Part shown: positions 36,915-39,274 of the stretch, one piece after another
Numbering within the stretch: the stretch's first letter is position 1
Layout of the letters: each line of letters starts with the position of its first letter
Assembly: GCF_001194135.2 (NCBI RefSeq)
Contig: NC_068988.1
Span: 40,278,165 to 40,317,438, forward strand
DNA from: Octopus bimaculoides
Lineage: Eukaryota
Length of the DNA: 39,274 nucleotides
Direction of reading: 5' to 3'
The notes under the pieces: model-generated
The model's input: the letters and a program-made list of their open reading frames with translations, nothing else
Database searches by the model: none
Told to the model about the DNA's origin: nothing
Position numbers and translations under genes: made by a program

Positions 36915-37020
36915 AAGTACCAGTTACGCACTGGGATCGATATAATCGACTTAATCCCTTTGTCTGTCCTTGTTTGTCCCCTCTATATTTAGCCACTTGT
37001 GGGCAATAAAGAATAAAGAA
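36915..37020 (+). mobile_element. SINE variant with a Tx1-like 3' tail
   Basis: SINE core AAGTACCAGTTACGCACTGGGATCGATATAATCGACT followed by TTTGTCTGTCCTTGTTTGTCCCCTCT..TTTAGCCACTTGTGGGCAATAAAGAATAAAGAAAT, a tail unlike that of the other SINE copies. Confidence 0.75.
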
Positions 37021-37218
37021 ATAAGAAACTTTAGTATGCCAGGCGAAATGCTTAGCGATATCTCGTCTGTCTTAACGTTCTGAGTTCAATTTCCGCTGAG
37101 GTCATCTTTTCATCCTTTCGTAGTCGATGAATTAAGTACTTGTTGCGTACTGGGGTCGATCTAGTCGACTGGCTAGTTCCCCGAAAATTTCGGGCCTTGT
37201 ACCTAGAGTAGAAAAGAG
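37021..37218 (+). mobile_element. SINE copy lacking its extreme 5' end, directly behind the tail-variant SINE
   Basis: GCCAGGCGAAATGCTTAGCGATATCTCGTCTGTC...GTACTGGGGTCGATCTAGTCGACT...AAATTTCGGGCCTTGTACCTAGAGTAGAAAAG. Confidence 0.85.
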
Positions 37219-37628
37219 GAATTTCAATATGTGATAAAACAATTTGTAAGATTGTCATAGTGAAATGTTGCATTTCAAGTAGCCTGCGTATAATGCTTTT
37301 GTCACTATCCTTGCGTTAAGAACGAGTTTTTGGGAAATGTTTCTCTTGGTTGGTTTCATATGACAAAGTGTTACTGTAAATAGTATGTTGAGGTCTCTCT
37401 TCTTCAATAACGATAATCTATAACCAATCCTGGACATACATTCTGATTAAGTCAAACATTACTATAAATGAAATGCTCTTACACAAAAAATAATATTCAT
37501 TTGCATTTAATCTGCGACACTCAGTAACTTTTATTAAATGATACACATAAAATTAGAAACAAACCACAATTATACAGAATGCTAATAATCTACAAGAGTA
37601 CTTTTTATTGAGTAATGGTCTTAGTTTC

Positions 37629-37840
37629 CTAAGGCAGCGATCTGGCAGAAACGTTAGCACGCCCAGCAAAATGTTTAGCAGTATTTCGTCTGTCTTTATG
37701 TTCTGAGCTCAAATTCCGCCAAGGTCGAATTTACCTTTTATTCTTTCAGTGTCTATAAAGTAAGTACCAGTTGCGTACTGGGGTCGATCTAATCGACTGA
37801 TCCCCTCCCCCCAAATTTCGGGCTTTGAGTAGAAAAGAAT
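37629..37840 (+). mobile_element. SINE, full length
   Basis: AAGGCAGCGATCTGGCAGAAACGTTAGCACGCC...GAGCTCAAATTCCGCC...AAGTACCAGTTGCGTACTGGGGTCGATCTAATCGACT...GAGTAGAAAAGAAT. Confidence 0.88.
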
Positions 37841-38101
37841 GGTCTAACTTTTCTATCGCACCGCAACTCTGAAAGGTAAATTCTGCTTGGGGAGCACTTG
37901 AATTACTCCTAATATCTACTGCTATTTGTAAGAAAATACTTCTGTGTAAATTCACTATAGAGACTTGACCAACTTACAAACCAATGCTCCTACTACTCCT
38001 GTGAACATAAACTTACTTATCGGTATTCTTTTCAACAAGAATAGTGATGTCAAAATTTCAATGTATAATAACTATTTACCTTTATTCTTTAACCTTTTCA
38101 G

Positions 38102-38230
38102 CACGGTGATAAGCTAAAAACAGAAAAAACACGCGCTAATCATTGTCTGAAATTATGCACTACCTACGCACCAAGAGTCATCGGAAGAATGTATGTGGAC
38201 AAATATTTTCCAAAGGAAAATAGAAAAAAG
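38102..38230 (+). CDS. M13 peptidase exon (HGDKLKTEKTRANHCLKLCTTYAPRVIGRMYVDKYFPKENRKK)
   Basis: CCTTTTCAG acceptor, GTAATC donor; matches the M13 'RW..CV......ALGALYV..YF....K' segment; 129 nt phase 0/0. The gene continues beyond the window. Confidence 0.88.
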
Positions 38231-38544
38231 GTAATCTAATGCATATGAATTACTAATGAACAAGTGAATAATAACATCATTCTATGATCTCTTTAGAATT
38301 AAAGAAGTCAACAGGGTGTCAGTCTGGGAACTGAATATATTACCTAGATTGCATGTCATAAGCTCTGGTATCCAAGTTACGGCTCTGAGGAATTTTTTCA
38401 GTCTAATTTTTGATATGTGCCATAAGCAATAATACAACCAAAAACAATCACATACAAGGACACAAGGACTTGTTACAGTAGTTTTCAGTGTTGAGTTCTG
38501 ATGAGAGAGCTAACATTGCTGCTAGAGATCTTATTAGTAGTGGT

Positions 38545-38735
38545 TCCGCTGGTATTTCTGCTAGAGCCAAGAGATTCTCGACGCAGCGTTTCCGTACTAT
38601 AACGAGGCCCTAGCTGCCAGCAGATTTAGGGACCATATCCATTCAATGCCGGAACCAAACAACCGCAGAAAGAAGTGCTGCAGAAATACCATTTAGTTTC
38701 CTCCTCACATGATTTCTCTTAACATATGTAAGGGA
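38545..38735 (+). mobile_element. Penelope-like RT thumb/linker fragment (inverted relative to the adjacent RT palm)
   Basis: Plus translation SQEILDAAFPYYNEALAASRFRDHIHSMPEPNNRRKKCCRNTI*FPP resembles the Penelope 'S.EIF..A...Y..AL..SG.....KRKR.IIWFNPP' segment. Confidence 0.65.
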
Positions 38736-39175
38736 GCCGAAGTCGAGCGTGACGTCTAAGAAGTTTGAGGTTGTGAGGTTGGCCTTTATGGGGATTTTAA
38801 AGCCCATGGAGGCAAGCGTGTTGATTACATCTTTTCTAAGCCTGTCTAGTCTATGCCCGCTTGTTCCCCTAGAGATGGCCAAGGCGTCATCTCTGTAGAG
38901 GCCAAAGAGGACAGAGGAGAATTTTTTCCTAAGGGTATTTTCCTGAGGGTATTCCTAAGGGGATATACAACTCGATGAGTTCGCATACACCCGATGAGTT
39001 CGCTGTCGTAGGCTCCCATCGCTGTGTCAAAGGGGCCCGTGCGGTCGGATTGCTTGACCCATGCCCAACGTTCGTTGAACGGCACTTTCTTTCTGGAATG
39101 CATAACTTCTACATCACTATCTCTAATACTAGTGAATCCCTTAGCGAAAGAAAGCACCTTGCGCAGTAGTTCTTT
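38736..39175 (-). mobile_element. Penelope-like reverse transcriptase palm fragment
   Basis: Minus ORFs: LSFAKGFTSIRDSDVEVMHSRKKVPFNERWAWVK, FDTAMGAYD, RLDRLRKDVINTL..GFKIPIKANLTTSNFLDVTLD; typical Penelope RT motifs. Confidence 0.85.
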
Positions 39176-39204
39176 TGATATAGACGAGTAAAATTCGCCT
39201 ATAT

Positions 39205-39206
39205 AT

Positions 39207-39274
<68 letters not shown>
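39205..39274. repeat. (GT)n microsatellite running off the window end
   Basis: Direct reading. Confidence 0.97.

Noticed and set aside
38490-38530. CTGATGAG as a hammerhead core
   Set aside because: No downstream GAAA or stem II partner within a plausible distance.

Overview
AT-rich, microsatellite-dense animal genomic DNA with many N-gaps. The SINE and LINE repertoire looks cephalopod/Octopus-like (inference from repeat sequence only). The only host gene supported is a multi-exon, + strand M13 (neprilysin/ECE-like) metallopeptidase. Nine GT-AG exons between 9972 and 38230 join in frame without stops into 344 codons, with KPCLTEKC, PCDDFWKYACG, KFFKTCID, GGIP, FDLESY and CLKLC...IGRMYVDKYF motifs. 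The first (anchor/signal) exon is uncertain and the HExxH catalytic half lies beyond the window. Flanks and introns are packed with mostly antisense, decayed mobile elements: RTE, R4/Dong-like, Tx1/L1-like, Penelope-like, Tc1/mariner and tRNA-derived SINEs. Two structures stand out. (1) A ~640-bp foldback at 13076-13712 whose two arms each end in an outward-pointing type I hammerhead ribozyme; the + strand copy has an intact catalytic core and sits ~150 nt upstream of an exon. (2) Two diverged ORF1-only (RRM-like + zinc knuckle) retroelements stacked at one site inside a SINE, with a 13-bp target duplication. They share a 3' tail with a nearby ORF2-coding Tx1-like LINE and with a SINE variant, suggesting a SINE-targeting Tx1-type system with non-autonomous gag-only members.
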